Part shown: piece after piece, positions 9,548 to 21,100 of the stretch
How positions within the stretch are numbered: position 1 is the first letter of the stretch
Layout: each line of letters starts with the position of its first letter
IMG/VR virus record: IMGVR_UViG_3300035698_026991
Span: 1,202-65,201 of that record
Strand: one strand, 5' to 3'
DNA length: 64,000 nucleotides
Origin: a virus
Program-made: the position numbers and the translations under genes
Notes under the pieces: model-generated
Databases searched by the model: none
What the model saw: the letters and a program-made list of their open reading frames with translations, nothing else
What the model was told of the DNA's origin: nothing

Positions 9548-10363
9548 TTAGAAGACATTTGGATTCGATTTTGCAGCAATTAGGCTGTCGACAGCTTCTG
9601 AGTCACCCTTTATATGGGTAGCTCTACTAGAGCCTCCTCCAGTATTTAATGCCATCTTTTTATTAGCTTCCGCTAATTCAACTTCTGCTTGCTTTTTAGC
9701 TGCTTTCTCAGATAACTCTCCTTTGACAGCATGATATGCAACAGATACTTCTGTTATATCGTCATGTTTGTCTAGCCATTTATCTATGTCAGTAGCATAT
9801 TTTTCAAAATCAGGTGTTCTTGATATAAAATCTTTAGTAGTAGCTTCGAAAGCACTTAGATCATCACGTCTCTTTAACTCCTTGTCAAAGTCCGCTTTTA
9901 ATCCTTCGGCTTTTTCTTCCACTAACTTTGTTACTTCTTCAGAGGAAGTACCTTTATACCCTTCTTTCCCTAAATCTTTCTTGACTTCTTCGTGAGCTTT
10001 ACTAACTATTTGGGCATCCCCAATGGAAACTTTCCCTTCAAGAGCGGCTTTCGCTAAATCAGTATCTACTTTTCCACTTAAGATGGCTTTAACGATATCA
10101 GGATTTTTATCTAGATTATCTAGCAATGGTTCGATATCAGAAAAGAACTTTCTAAACTGACCCAACTCATCTCCTTGTTTACCGATAAGACTTTCTAACT
10201 CCTTGACTTGGTCCTTACCTTCTTCTATTTTTACTTCTCCTTCTTTTTTTGATGCTTCCCCCTCTTTAACTAAACCACCAATGGCGTTTAAATCAGGAAC
10301 ATTCTCTTCTATAGGAGGACTCCCCGGTTGTCCGGATCCTTCAAATTTATCTTCTTTACTCAT
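9548..10363 (-). CDS. scaffolding protein (putative)
   Basis: 271 aa, very acidic/Lys-rich and predicted coiled-coil. Immediately upstream of the MCP. Confidence 0.5.
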   Translation of the reverse strand: MSKEDKFEGSGQPGSPPIEENVPDLNAIGGLVKEGEASKKEGEVKIEEGKDQVKELESLIGKQGDELGQFRKFFSDIEPLLDNLDKNPDIVKAILSGKVDTDLAKAALEGKVSIGDAQIVSKAHEEVKKDLGKEGYKGTSSEEVTKLVEEKAEGLKADFDKELKRRDDLSAFEATTKDFISRTPDFEKYATDIDKWLDKHDDITEVSVAYHAVKGELSEKAAKKQAEVELAEANKKMALNTGGGSSRATHIKGDSEAVDSLIAAKSNPNVF

Positions 10364-10407
10364 ATATTTTTTTCATAATTAATTTCTAATCGACTAAGCT
10401 TAAACGA

Positions 10408-10584
10408 CTACTTTTTTTTCTTTCCAAATTTTTTATCAGAAAGTTTTTTGGTGATGTCTTCTAGACTGACACCCTCCTTTTTGTCATCTTTTTTTAAATC
10501 GTCTGTGATTTTCGATAAGACTTTTGAAATAGTATTACTTTCAACACCGATTTCTCTGTCTAAATTATCGTAATTTTTATTCAT
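10408..10584 (-). CDS. small Lys-rich protein
   Basis: 58-aa ORF below the cutoff, found by manual translation. Same strand, fills a gap. Confidence 0.3.
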   Translation of the reverse strand: MNKNYDNLDREIGVESNTISKVLSKITDDLKKDDKKEGVSLEDITKKLSDKKFGKKKK

Positions 10585-10596
10585 AATATTATTTGA

Positions 10597-10749
10597 TTAA
10601 TAACAACGTTTCCCTCCAATTCCGTTTTTTATCGACCGCTTTTTTCTTCTTTGAAGTTTCTTTTTAATACTTACTGCATCTACTTTCATTCTACCTTCAG
10701 ATTCTGAAGTTGCAGTTGTTGTTGGCCCTGAATAATTTGATGTTTCCAT
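10597..10749 (-). CDS. small basic protein
   Basis: Listed ORF 10597..10794 probably starts at the internal METSNY.. Overlap with the upstream gene is resolved this way. Confidence 0.25.
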   Translation of the reverse strand: METSNYSGPTTTATSESEGRMKVDAVSIKKKLQRRKKRSIKNGIGGKRCY

Positions 10750-10750
10750 A

Positions 10751-10996
10751 TTATTTTTCAGGATTAGCTGGTTCTCCCCAACCATTACCACCATATTCGT
10801 TATCTACAGGTTTATTAGGCACTCTTTTGTCGTCTTCTTTCTTTTTATTCTTTCTCTTTCTCATTTTTCTTTGATTGACAATACGATCAATCAACCTTTG
10901 AGTTACCTTTGTTGATTCTTCAGATTTAAGTCTACCCTTCTTAATTGAAGGATCAATCTTTTCTCCGATATCTGCTAATAGACTTTTTAATGACAT
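10751..10996 (-). CDS. small basic protein
   Basis: Listed 96-aa ORF probably initiates at the internal MSLKSLLADIGEK preceded by an AT-rich leader. Arg/Lys-rich C-terminus. Confidence 0.35.
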   Translation of the reverse strand: MSLKSLLADIGEKIDPSIKKGRLKSEESTKVTQRLIDRIVNQRKMRKRKNKKKEDDKRVPNKPVDNEYGGNGWGEPANPEK

Positions 10997-11051
10997 AATA
11001 TTTATTCGTTTAAATTGGTAATAATGGTAATGATAACACAAGTTCCTTAAT

Positions 11052-11414
11052 TTATACTACTCCGTAAGCTCCTCCTAGATCATTTTTACTTTCTGCATCG
11101 TCTTTATCTTTATTCGCTTTCTTCTCTTTATTGAATTTAAGACTAAGAACTGCGTCTTGTAAATCTAACATTCCAGTTATTGCACCTTGATATCTTGCAA
11201 TCTTTGTGGGCTCTTTAACTGGGTCTAGGGATAGAAATGATCCTTGTACAGTACCAATTCTCTCTTGTGTATACTTTAAGATAGCAATCCAGATAGGTGT
11301 TCCTTCTAAACCTTTTAGAATTTCCTTCATATCTACGGCTGTCATCTTACTAATGTTTTCTCTGATCTCGTCTGTGAAATAGTTTTGTATTTCATTTGTT
11401 GTTTCTTTTTTCAT
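11052..11414 (-). CDS. hypothetical head-module protein
   Basis: 120 aa between portal and scaffold on the same strand. Confidence 0.4.
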   Translation of the reverse strand: MKKETTNEIQNYFTDEIRENISKMTAVDMKEILKGLEGTPIWIAILKYTQERIGTVQGSFLSLDPVKEPTKIARYQGAITGMLDLQDAVLSLKFNKEKKANKDKDDAESKNDLGGAYGVV

Positions 11415-11433
11415 ATATATATTTAATTAATTA

Positions 11434-13542
11434 TTAACTTTGTAAACTACTTGCTCTATTCATCAAAGCACTTTCTGGATTACTATTATTTCCTGAAGAA
11501 ACATTAGTATTCACTTTTCCACCTCTACTAAAACCTCTTGGGTTTGTTGTAGGTAATGGAATCCTTGATGCTGTTGGTGGTGCTCCAGCGTCCAATAAAT
11601 TAATTGGTGATCCGGCTTGAGCAAATTGTGAGGCCCCATCTTTTCCTCCTCTCAACATTGCTAAAGCTTGATTTGCTATCTCTGGAGATATATTTGTTGT
11701 AGCAGTAGAAGGGGCAACGTTCGCTGGTGAAGGAGGAAGTTCTTCTCCCATCCCTTGTTGCATTGCTGCTTCCTCTGGGCTTAATGGCATTCCATCAGGA
11801 CCCATTGGGACTTCTTCTTCTTGCTCATCTTTTGTTATTGTGTCTAATGACCAGTTCCAATCAGTTAATATCTTCTGTGTTAGTTTTTGAGGATCAACGA
11901 ATGGTAAGTTGATTAATAATTGGAATAGATCCATATCTTGCTTCTTCTTAATATCTTGTTGTCCAGCGATAGAAGGAAGAACAAGTGCTCTATAATCAAA
12001 GTTACCCATAAGGTCATCTTTTTCAATTAATGGGAAAGCTTCCTTACCGTCATCTCCAACAATTCTTATTATCATATCTTCAGTAAAGAACTGTCGTGAC
12101 ATATCCATCCAGTATCTCATCAATAGTGCGTAACCTTCACCTAAGTGGTTAACATAAAGTCTAACTCTTTCTAGTGTTGATTCTCTTAAGTGTCTTACTT
12201 CTGTTGCTGAACCAGCTCCACCTCCTACACCCATAGAGAAATCATCTATACCTGAGGCATATCTCATATCTGCTTTTAGAAGATCTTCTTCTTTGTAAGC
12301 ACTAGCTTTAATATCACTAAATTGTACTTCTCTTACTCCATTTGGATCAACTGAATAAATGATACCGAATGGTCTTGTTACTAATTCGTCTTTATTTATA
12401 TTTGCTAAAGGATTAACAATCCACATCTTGTGAATGGATAAAGTTGTTGCATCAAGTCTTTGGTTCTTGATCATGTTCATCATTATCTGAGGATTTTCAA
12501 GAATCATTGGTAAACTGTACCCTTCAAATTCACCCGGTACCTTTAAGTAAGGGAAATCAATGAAAGCTGCTTCTTTAAAGTCATAAGGGATTGGCATAGA
12601 GCCACCATCAAATATTGGTGTATAAGCAGAACCTACATGCACTGAATATTTATCAGCAAAAGGTTGTGTCCACTCGAATACTTCGTACATCTGTAAATTA
12701 GGATTTGCAGAGTTATTATACTTATCGTCACCTGCTCCAAAAGAAGAAATATCATACGTTTTAGAACCTTTAACTGTCAATCTACTATTTTGTTTTACCT
12801 GAGTCCTGATAGAAGCATAATCTTGCAAATCTCCACCAGAATGATTTAATGCCAAAGCTAATCTCTCTGGATCTGCCCCTGGATATTTTCTTCTAATCTC
12901 TGGTTCTGTCAAAACAAGTCTTTTAAACCAGTATTGTTTATTTTCTCTTTTTGTATTATGCCAATCGTACCAAAGCGTATAGTTATCTACCCATTCTGCA
13001 CAAGGAGCATCATAAAATGTTCTTTCTTCTTCTTTCCATGTTGGTTTTGCTGTAATATCTTTTGTTTGTAAGAATTTTTGTTTCCTAACATCCTTTTTCC
13101 AAAATGCTTGCAAATATCCTGTCCCATAAATAAGGGAAGCCCTAACAACATCTTCAGTTGTAGTATCCATATGAGAAATTTCCCATAGGTAATCACCTAG
13201 TTGTTGTTGTTTACCTGTTTTTGCTTGATCTTCTGCTGTTCTACCTTGAACACTGAATTCAGGTCTAGCATCTAAAACTCTGGGCATAAGTGTTTCTACA
13301 ACTGCTTGTGTATAAGGAACAAATATATTCGACTGCCACTTCTTAATTTCTAATTGTCTGTCTCCTGTATAGGCAATATAAAGTTTATAAGACCTATCTA
13401 ACCTTGGTTTAATAACATTCAAAAAATAATTTCTCGCATCATCCATTTGTAAATTGAAATCAGATAGAAGTTGAACTTCCTCTTTTCCATAGTCTGATGG
13501 ATTATATATTTGATGTTTTCCTACTTTTGATTTTTTTGACAT
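11434..13542 (-). CDS. portal protein (putative)
   Basis: 702 aa directly downstream of TerL in the head module. Size and position fit a portal. No motif verified. Confidence 0.6.
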   Translation of the reverse strand: MSKKSKVGKHQIYNPSDYGKEEVQLLSDFNLQMDDARNYFLNVIKPRLDRSYKLYIAYTGDRQLEIKKWQSNIFVPYTQAVVETLMPRVLDARPEFSVQGRTAEDQAKTGKQQQLGDYLWEISHMDTTTEDVVRASLIYGTGYLQAFWKKDVRKQKFLQTKDITAKPTWKEEERTFYDAPCAEWVDNYTLWYDWHNTKRENKQYWFKRLVLTEPEIRRKYPGADPERLALALNHSGGDLQDYASIRTQVKQNSRLTVKGSKTYDISSFGAGDDKYNNSANPNLQMYEVFEWTQPFADKYSVHVGSAYTPIFDGGSMPIPYDFKEAAFIDFPYLKVPGEFEGYSLPMILENPQIMMNMIKNQRLDATTLSIHKMWIVNPLANINKDELVTRPFGIIYSVDPNGVREVQFSDIKASAYKEEDLLKADMRYASGIDDFSMGVGGGAGSATEVRHLRESTLERVRLYVNHLGEGYALLMRYWMDMSRQFFTEDMIIRIVGDDGKEAFPLIEKDDLMGNFDYRALVLPSIAGQQDIKKKQDMDLFQLLINLPFVDPQKLTQKILTDWNWSLDTITKDEQEEEVPMGPDGMPLSPEEAAMQQGMGEELPPSPANVAPSTATTNISPEIANQALAMLRGGKDGASQFAQAGSPINLLDAGAPPTASRIPLPTTNPRGFSRGGKVNTNVSSGNNSNPESALMNRASSLQS

Positions 13543-13575
13543 AATAATATTAATATTATTTTAACACAGTCCTTC

Positions 13576-15048
13576 CTAATAACCACCAGAACTTGGTAAG
13601 TGTTGATCGTAATTAATTTGAGTTAGCGGTTTATCGGACATAACCTTGAATCCCTGACATGCGATTGCTGTAGCAAATATACAGTCATCGTGATATGAGT
13701 CCATTGCAACCATATTGTTCGCGTTGTTAAAAATAAACACAGTCATCTCATCAACGGTCTCTTTACTTCTTATTTTGATATTTCCTTCTCTCGTCATTTG
13801 TTCGAACTCATCAATAAGAATAGGCCTTGTTACTTTTGTAGTCTTCCAACCAAGTTTGTCTGACCACTTACTACCCATTGTATCAAAGTTCGCAGGTCTA
13901 AAATATAACGATGGATATAATAGATTTTTTAATATATTTAAAACAACATTTCCATGCGCCTCTGCTTCTACTACCATTAATGCATTATTATAATGTCTTC
14001 CCCATTTATCTAAAACCTTAGCAAAACGATCTGGTGCTATAAGACCTCTCCAGAAACCAACCTCTTCGCCAGTAGTCCTATCTAAGATTGAACATACAGC
14101 ATAGTCACCTCCAGTAACTCCCTCAGAACAGTCGGCTCCAGCAACGTAGAAATGTCCTTCTTGTGGTTCTTTATATACTCTGAAACCTTCTTCCTCCCTT
14201 ACTTTAGTTTCTTCTCCATTGTCCATTTTTACACTAGCACCTAATTTAAGAACATTTTTCCTTTGTAGAGCAATCGTTTCTTTTGTGAAAACAGACCTAC
14301 CTGATAGAAGAAATTCTAGAGCATAGTTGTTATTAAACTTACGAGGATTATTCATCCTTCGTCTTATAATATCTATTTCTTCTTCTGAGTAGTTCCACCA
14401 CCAGCCGTATTCTTTTTTAATGTAATCATTATCTGATACCCACATTCTATGGAAGTAATCTCCAACGGCTCCAGGAGATGATTCAATAATAATCTTTCCA
14501 TTAACAGGGACAGAAGCTTCAAGTGTCATTAACTTATCTTCAGCATTGTCCCAGAAAGGCACCTCTGTAAGAAGACAGTAGTTAATAGTATATCCACGAC
14601 CCACGTTGTCCGTTGATGGCAAAACAATAATCTTAGAGTCTGACTTAGGGAAAGATATTTCATACTTAGAGTTATAGTGAATAGTAGGCTTAAGAGAGTC
14701 AGGAGTTGTCCTATAAAAAGTTTTAATTTTATCTAAAAGTTCTGCAGTAAGGTCATTGTTATAACCAACAATCGCTGTCGAGACTCCAGCTGTTACAATT
14801 GTTTGATGATACAAAAATCCTGTTACACAGGTTGAGAAACCAATCTGACGAGCCTTCATAATGATTACACGATTGTGTTCTCTCATCGTATTAAAAATAT
14901 CAAGTTGGGCAGGTTTAAGAATAAAGGGAACTAATCCTTTCCCTTCTTTACCTTTGATTTTACAGAAATTTTCTAAGTAAAATCTTGGGTCATTTAATAA
15001 CTCAATGCTGGGTGCTTCATTAATCATATAATTCTGCTGCTTCCGCAT
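13576..15048 (-). CDS. terL: terminase large subunit
   Basis: 490 aa. N-terminal ATPase with KARQIGFST (Terminase_6-like Walker A variant). C-terminal acidic nuclease-like region. Precedes the portal. Confidence 0.75.
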   Translation of the reverse strand: MRKQQNYMINEAPSIELLNDPRFYLENFCKIKGKEGKGLVPFILKPAQLDIFNTMREHNRVIIMKARQIGFSTCVTGFLYHQTIVTAGVSTAIVGYNNDLTAELLDKIKTFYRTTPDSLKPTIHYNSKYEISFPKSDSKIIVLPSTDNVGRGYTINYCLLTEVPFWDNAEDKLMTLEASVPVNGKIIIESSPGAVGDYFHRMWVSDNDYIKKEYGWWWNYSEEEIDIIRRRMNNPRKFNNNYALEFLLSGRSVFTKETIALQRKNVLKLGASVKMDNGEETKVREEEGFRVYKEPQEGHFYVAGADCSEGVTGGDYAVCSILDRTTGEEVGFWRGLIAPDRFAKVLDKWGRHYNNALMVVEAEAHGNVVLNILKNLLYPSLYFRPANFDTMGSKWSDKLGWKTTKVTRPILIDEFEQMTREGNIKIRSKETVDEMTVFIFNNANNMVAMDSYHDDCIFATAIACQGFKVMSDKPLTQINYDQHLPSSGGY

Positions 15049-15547
15049 TAGCTTCTTTCTTTGCGATTACTACACTGTCTGGAACTGGAGGTTGGAAAAC
15101 CTCATATTCTACAACAACAGGTTCCTCACCTTCAACTGCTTTAGCTTCATTCTTATCTCTCACTTCCTGAAGAACATCTTCCCATCCACCACCACCAATC
15201 GCTGTCTCATCATATTTATCCATACCTAAAGATTGTAAAAGCATCTTTAAAGCTTTTAATCTATCTGATGCTTTTGCTCCATCGTCTATTTCACCCTTTA
15301 TATTCTCAACTACATAATCAAAGCTTATACCTGATCTTGCTAGAGCTGAGTGATACTCCTTTCTCATAGCTATTTTATCTAAGGTTCTATAAACATCTGC
15401 TATTGCTTTGACACCTAACATGTCCCTAAGTTTTTTAGGGTCTTGTGTGACTTTAAGAGCTTTAAGCAACATTATCTGTTGTGAAGTATTCTGAGAATTA
15501 TATCCATATTCTCCCTGCACAAAAGTAACTGGTTTTAATTTTTTCAT
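15020..15547 (-). CDS. terminase small subunit (candidate)
   Basis: 175 aa immediately upstream of and overlapping TerL. Call is by position only. Confidence 0.35.
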   Translation of the reverse strand: MKKLKPVTFVQGEYGYNSQNTSQQIMLLKALKVTQDPKKLRDMLGVKAIADVYRTLDKIAMRKEYHSALARSGISFDYVVENIKGEIDDGAKASDRLKALKMLLQSLGMDKYDETAIGGGGWEDVLQEVRDKNEAKAVEGEEPVVVEYEVFQPPVPDSVVIAKKEANAEAAELYD

Positions 15548-16218
15548 ATTCTTTTTTCTCCCTTTTTACTTTGCAATCTCTTATCCAAATCTTTAACATA
15601 ATAAGGATTTCTTCTTGAAATGTTTTGTGTTATTTCGTAACGAGTTCTACCTAGTCTTTCATTTTCTGAATAAACATGATTTATTACATAATCTAAAAAA
15701 GCAGCAAAAGACATTTCTTTATCTTCAGCTTCTTTTAATAACCCAATTTTATCATCCATCTGGTGAACAACAATAAGGTAATCCATTGTTATAAAATTAT
15801 AAGGGAAACTATAATAACTCGGATTATCAAAAGGATTCTCTTCTTCAAAATCAGGGAAAAAGATATTAAAGTAACCTTCTATTCTATTAAAAAAATTACT
15901 TTTATTTATTATTTGGATATCCTTACCGACATTCCTTCTCATAAACTTAACAAACGCATTATTTAAAATGCGTGAGTTTCTGTACATAGGTAGAACAGTT
16001 TTTCTACCGTAATATATAAATTTCCTTCTCAACCAAGAGAGCTTTACACAATTCAAAAATAGATCTGAATAGAAATCATTTAGATACACTTTAAAAAGTG
16101 ATGTATATTCGTCTAGTCCCATTCCGTAAACTGAAACCTCGTCTATGTTTAGTTTAGTTTTGCTTTTTGCAATGTCGGTTGAGAAGACATTCTCATATGT
16201 TTTCTTGTGATGGTGCAT
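15544..16218 (-). CDS. hypothetical protein
   Basis: 224 aa, AT-rich, same strand. Confidence 0.4.
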   Translation of the reverse strand: MHHHKKTYENVFSTDIAKSKTKLNIDEVSVYGMGLDEYTSLFKVYLNDFYSDLFLNCVKLSWLRRKFIYYGRKTVLPMYRNSRILNNAFVKFMRRNVGKDIQIINKSNFFNRIEGYFNIFFPDFEEENPFDNPSYYSFPYNFITMDYLIVVHQMDDKIGLLKEAEDKEMSFAAFLDYVINHVYSENERLGRTRYEITQNISRRNPYYVKDLDKRLQSKKGEKRI

Positions 16219-16720
16219 TATTCATATTCATATTTATATTTCCTTCGTTCTCCACCCCACCTAAAGGAGGCACGGATGGTTGTCCTGTTCCTACCAAAGG
16301 ATCTTCTGTTATTGGGATTTCTTCCCCTAAGGCTTCTTCACCTGAGTCAGGGATTTCTTCTCCTAATAACTTCTCTAATAATACTTCTAGTTGTTTAGAT
16401 GCATCTGGATTTGCTTCTTTTAATTTATCTAAAAATTCTCTAACCTGTGTAGGATCACTAGGATCAACACCCATCTTTTTAAACATATCAAAAAGCTGCC
16501 TCAAAGTGCTTCCTCTGCCTTCTTCGTTTCTGTTTGCTGATGAAAACTTTTGAGAATTATAATCTTGATATTTACCTTCGATTTTAGACATCATCCCAGA
16601 AAGATTAGATTTCATATCGTCTTGGGATAAACCCTCTTCTTGAATTCCACCTACTTCTGGTGGTGAAACTGGGGGTCCTTGAATTGGGGTTCCCTGCATT
16701 TCTCCTAAATTTGGTTCCAT
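16193..16720 (-). CDS. hypothetical acidic protein
   Basis: 175 aa. Preferred over the antisense ORF 16167..16553 because of block orientation. Confidence 0.35.
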   Translation of the reverse strand: MEPNLGEMQGTPIQGPPVSPPEVGGIQEEGLSQDDMKSNLSGMMSKIEGKYQDYNSQKFSSANRNEEGRGSTLRQLFDMFKKMGVDPSDPTQVREFLDKLKEANPDASKQLEVLLEKLLGEEIPDSGEEALGEEIPITEDPLVGTGQPSVPPLGGVENEGNINMNMNNAPSQENI

Positions 16721-16735
16721 AATTTTTTAAATTAA

Positions 16736-17002
16736 TTACTTTTTCTTAAACCCAACTGAGAATCTCATATTCTCAAAAGAATTTTTTGTTCCGCTCCATA
16801 GACCACTGGCAGCCAAACCGACAATAACACCTTGGATAATACCTTCTCCATTAATAACTCCAGACAAAGCGTAAACTGATCCTACTCCTAGCACTAAAGC
16901 AATGAGTGGTAACATTCTTTCTTTAATCCCGAAAATTCTTAATGCTCCTGTAACTCCTAACACAACTGGTATTAAGGTTACTAATTGAATTGTTGTATCC
17001 AT
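16736..17002 (-). CDS. holin-like small membrane protein (candidate)
   Basis: 88 aa with 2-3 hydrophobic helices, directly downstream of the peptidase/PG-binding lysin gene. Confidence 0.35.
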   Translation of the reverse strand: MDTTIQLVTLIPVVLGVTGALRIFGIKERMLPLIALVLGVGSVYALSGVINGEGIIQGVIVGLAASGLWSGTKNSFENMRFSVGFKKK

Positions 17003-17049
17003 ATTTTTTATTCTTATTATTAATAATAATAACTATAACACAAAACTTA

Positions 17050-18120
17050 TTAACTATAAAGTTTGTTTAACATCTTTCTGGTTATTGGACCGACTCTTCC
17101 AAATCCAGGGGAAGTCTTAGAAGCAACAACACTATATCTTAGCTGAAACTCACCGACACCCTTTTTAGTAATAGCTCCGTAGTATCCTGTACTCTCTGTA
17201 TTGATAGGAAAGACACCTTCATATTTTAATATATCCTGAAGTACTTTTATTTCACCATTCGTTTGTCCAAAAACTAAATCATTATTAAAAGTGAATTGAG
17301 GTTTATTTTCTTCTGGAAGTTCATCAAATTTAAAATTCATTGTATATGCAGCAAAGAAGTTTCTTTTATTAAAGAAATCTTCAGTAATTATTCTCTGGCC
17401 TCCCTTACCATGATTAGGTCCCCAAGAATCTTCTATAATAATTGCTTTCTTTCCTTTATACATTGTGAAATCAACAGCGGTTACTGAATGTCTTCCTATT
17501 GATGGTGCTTTTATATCTAAGTTGTTAATTTTAATTTCAGGGACTTCTTTATCCCATTCATTATTCGTAAAGAAGAACCATACCATTATGGGTTTCTTTG
17601 TTACTTGTAACGTAGAAGCTATAGCCTCTATATTCCTTGTTGGTAAAATAAGATAGTTTCCAATTTTAAATATTTCACCCACGTCTTCTTTGTAGTCTTC
17701 TATCACTGTTGTATCCATCTGTAAGTCAGTCATATTCTGTGAAGGGACTAATTGTTCTAATGTAACTCCTTCCTTTGATATTTCAAAAACATCAGTTCCA
17801 CCCATTCCTGGTTGTGGTTTATTAATTCTTTTCTTATAGATATCAGTTGCTGAAAAATGTACGTAACTTTTATTCTTCAACCAGTACATAATCCCCATCA
17901 TCTTTGCCATAGTCTGAGCTACGCAAGATCCTGAACCATCTTGGTTGTAGATAGGAAATTTTCTAATCTGTGAAAAATCTTTTTCAACCCAATTAACAGG
18001 AGTAAAAGAAGTTACAAGTTCCTCTATTTTATAATCCTTATTTTTTTCTTCCTTACTTCTAGTATCGATATTTGCTCCAGAAGTGAAAGTCATTTTTTTC
18101 TTTCTAAAAAAGTTAAACAT
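17050..18120 (-). CDS. endolysin candidate: papain-like cysteine peptidase with C-terminal peptidoglycan-binding domain
   Basis: QDGSGSCVAQT resembles the papain-family Cys active-site motif. C-terminal LQDILKY..GYYGAITKKGVGEFQ..RVGPITRKMLNKL matches the PG_binding_1 pattern. Confidence 0.5.
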   Translation of the reverse strand: MFNFFRKKKMTFTSGANIDTRSKEEKNKDYKIEELVTSFTPVNWVEKDFSQIRKFPIYNQDGSGSCVAQTMAKMMGIMYWLKNKSYVHFSATDIYKKRINKPQPGMGGTDVFEISKEGVTLEQLVPSQNMTDLQMDTTVIEDYKEDVGEIFKIGNYLILPTRNIEAIASTLQVTKKPIMVWFFFTNNEWDKEVPEIKINNLDIKAPSIGRHSVTAVDFTMYKGKKAIIIEDSWGPNHGKGGQRIITEDFFNKRNFFAAYTMNFKFDELPEENKPQFTFNNDLVFGQTNGEIKVLQDILKYEGVFPINTESTGYYGAITKKGVGEFQLRYSVVASKTSPGFGRVGPITRKMLNKLYS

Positions 18121-18132
18121 ATTTTTTTATGA

Positions 18133-21100
18133 TTATTTATTAATGTTTGTTCTCGTTGTATCAAGTGGGTACATTGGGAACCCTGTTCCACTTAGTAATG
18201 ATCGTATTGTTTTTTGCATTACATTTTCTTTTGTCATTTTACCAATCGAGGTCCTACCTTGTGTAGCCATTGCGTTTCTTCTCATTACGTAACTCGGTAA
18301 GTAATTAATTGCCTCTGGTGACATACCTGTCATTCCCAAAGGTACACCTAGATAATTAGCAACTCCTGGGGTTATTGCATCAGTAACATTTCTTAATGCA
18401 TAAGGAGCTCTATCCTTGAAACTAACATTAATCTTTCTTCCTTTTTCATCATAGTTAGGATATAGAGGTTGACCGAATTGTCCCTGTGGACTCTGACCTG
18501 TACCCTTCAAAATCATTGGTTGAATAATAAAGTCTTTAAACATTTGTCCAATAGGATGTTGTAGGATAGGTAATTTATCTAATGTCTTTAATGCTGTACC
18601 CTGAGGAGAATCATCATAAGTTCTTTCTGATGGATTAAGCATATTCATTGTAAGATGTGGAATATAACCCTTAACATCTAAGTTCATCATTCCAAAGAAT
18701 TTTATAACAGTAGGTGAATTTAAGAATTGATTATATTTGTTTTCTAATGCAGCTCTTTCTTCTGGAGTTCTACTAGAGTTAATTTCATTTATTGCAAATG
18801 AAACTTTATTGAAATAAGCTGGGTTGTGCATAAGAGTTTTAGCTGTCTTTGGTAACATAGCATATTGGAATGATAAGAAAGGTGCGCTAACGATAGGTAG
18901 TGATCTCATTATTTTAACGAAATCTGGCATAGCTGAGTAATTCATGTAAGCCTCACTAGAGACTCTTGAAGCTGCTAAAGGTTTTATTTTATACAATCTT
19001 TCTCCTCCAGATATAACTGATGGCAAAACAGAATCTGTTAAATCTACAACGTTACCAACTTTAGCAAGTTCCTCTGCTGTTAAACCTACTTTAGTTAAAT
19101 AAATGAAATTACCAATTTTGAACCCTTGGTCAATACTTTCGTAGTTCTTTGTTAAACCATTAATAATCATATCTGCGTATTTAAGAGTAAAGTTATTTGG
19201 ATCCTCTGCTACTTTTTCTGCAAGCTTAGATCTAAATTTTTCATATCGAGAAGCTTCTGATATCTCACCACTTCCTAACCATGAACTATATTCATCTACA
19301 TTCGTTTTTCTTACATTATTAATAGAGTCTTCCATTCTCGCTTCTGCAGGTGTTGTAAATTTTTTACGATTTTCCTCCAGAACTTTTTCTGCAGTGATTT
19401 CACCACGAGTTTTTTTAGGAACTTCATCAACTGCATTGATTGCTTCGTCAGCAGCTCTAGAAACTTTTCCAACTTGATCTGGAATTTCATCTCCAATCTC
19501 TTTTATAATTTTTTCTACTTTTTTAACTTCATCAGAAAGACTTAATACCTGTCCAGCAAATTGTTTTTCTTGTTTCATCCTTTCAAATATTTCTAATGGG
19601 TTTACCCCCATGATACTTTTGAATACAGTAGGATTCTCTACTGCTAATTTTCTCATTGAATCATCTGCTCCTGTAAATACTTCTAAGAATTGTTTCATAG
19701 GTAATTTACCTTTAGCAAATTTACGCCCCTGCATAACAGCTTCGATATATTTTGGTTTATATGTAGGTAGACCCATCATTGCTCCCATAAAGTAATTACC
19801 TAAATAAGCAACAACATGTGATCCTAAGTTAAGAGGAACTTTGAAAGCTTTAAAAACATGAGTAAAGTTTTCTAAACCAGTAAGGATGTTATTAAGAGCT
19901 TTATAATTAACAAACTCTTTCCCTCCAGAATTCCATACGTCTGCAAGTTTTGTAGCATCTTTCTCAGCTTCAAGCACAGTCTTCTTACTTAAGACACGTC
20001 CAGCTTTCCAATCTTCTATAGTTGTGTTTTTAACTCTTCCAATAAAATCATCATATGACTTTACACCTGTCAAACCTGGGGTTAGAGGTTTATACATCTC
20101 TACCATTAGTTTTTGATCAACTACTTTCCCTGCTTGTTCTAATAAAGCATTCGCATTTTCAATACTATCAAGAATTTTAACTTGCCCACCTTGGAATTCT
20201 TTCTTTAAAGGATGTGAAATTGCTCCATCAGCATCAGTTACTGTATCTCTAATAAATTTCTCAACTTCTTGCTTAGATGTTGGATCAAATCTAGTTACCT
20301 TAGCTTTTGGATTATAATAGTCAGCTAAATCAAGGAAATCAGCTTTTTCTGCATTTCCTGTACCAATGACATCTATTTTACCCATCTCATGGATAACTTC
20401 ATCTTTCTTTTCCATTAAAGTACTTCTTCTTAATGGTGAATAATCAAAGAAGTCTGCTAATATATCTCCCTTTGTTTGACCTAATTTTTTTACACTCTCT
20501 TTACTTAAATGACGAAATCCTGGAATTTTACTTAAAGTTTCGTTTTTACCTCTTATAGCATCTTCAATATATCCTCCTACTTTACCTGATGCAAAACCTT
20601 TCCCCCTCACTAAACCTTTTCCTAAAGCTTCTAATGGGTCCTTACCTATCAATTTATCATATCTATCTGCATCTTTAACTGCCCTTGCAGCGAATCTCTC
20701 TGCTAATGTTTTACTTTTTTCTATTCCCTTAGTTACTGTCTTTGCAGCTGTTTTAAATCCTGCAAACTCACCTGCAGTATCAGCTACCTTACCAACTACT
20801 TTTGTAGCTGTCTTAATAGGAAGGAATTTTGAAGTTGTTATTGCCTTTCTACTTAAGTTAGATGTTAATCCTTTTCCAACAGCTTCAAGTGCGCCTTTAG
20901 CTCCAGATTTGGTTGCTCCTTTTACTAATCCAGTTCCTACTCTAGGAATCAACGCAGCTGAACCAGCTGTCGCCCAGTTAATAGGATCAAACATAACATC
21001 TAATAGGAAACCTAATGTTCCACGGACTGCTCTGTTATCTACACCTTCTTGTTTTAGAATATCTCCAAAGGTAAGACCTTTCTCTCTCGCTGCTTTTGTA

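Noticed and set aside
16167-16553. Plus-strand 128-aa ORF overlapping 16193..16720(-)
   Set aside because: It is opposite in orientation to the whole block and Ser/Pro-rich low complexity. The minus ORF was preferred.
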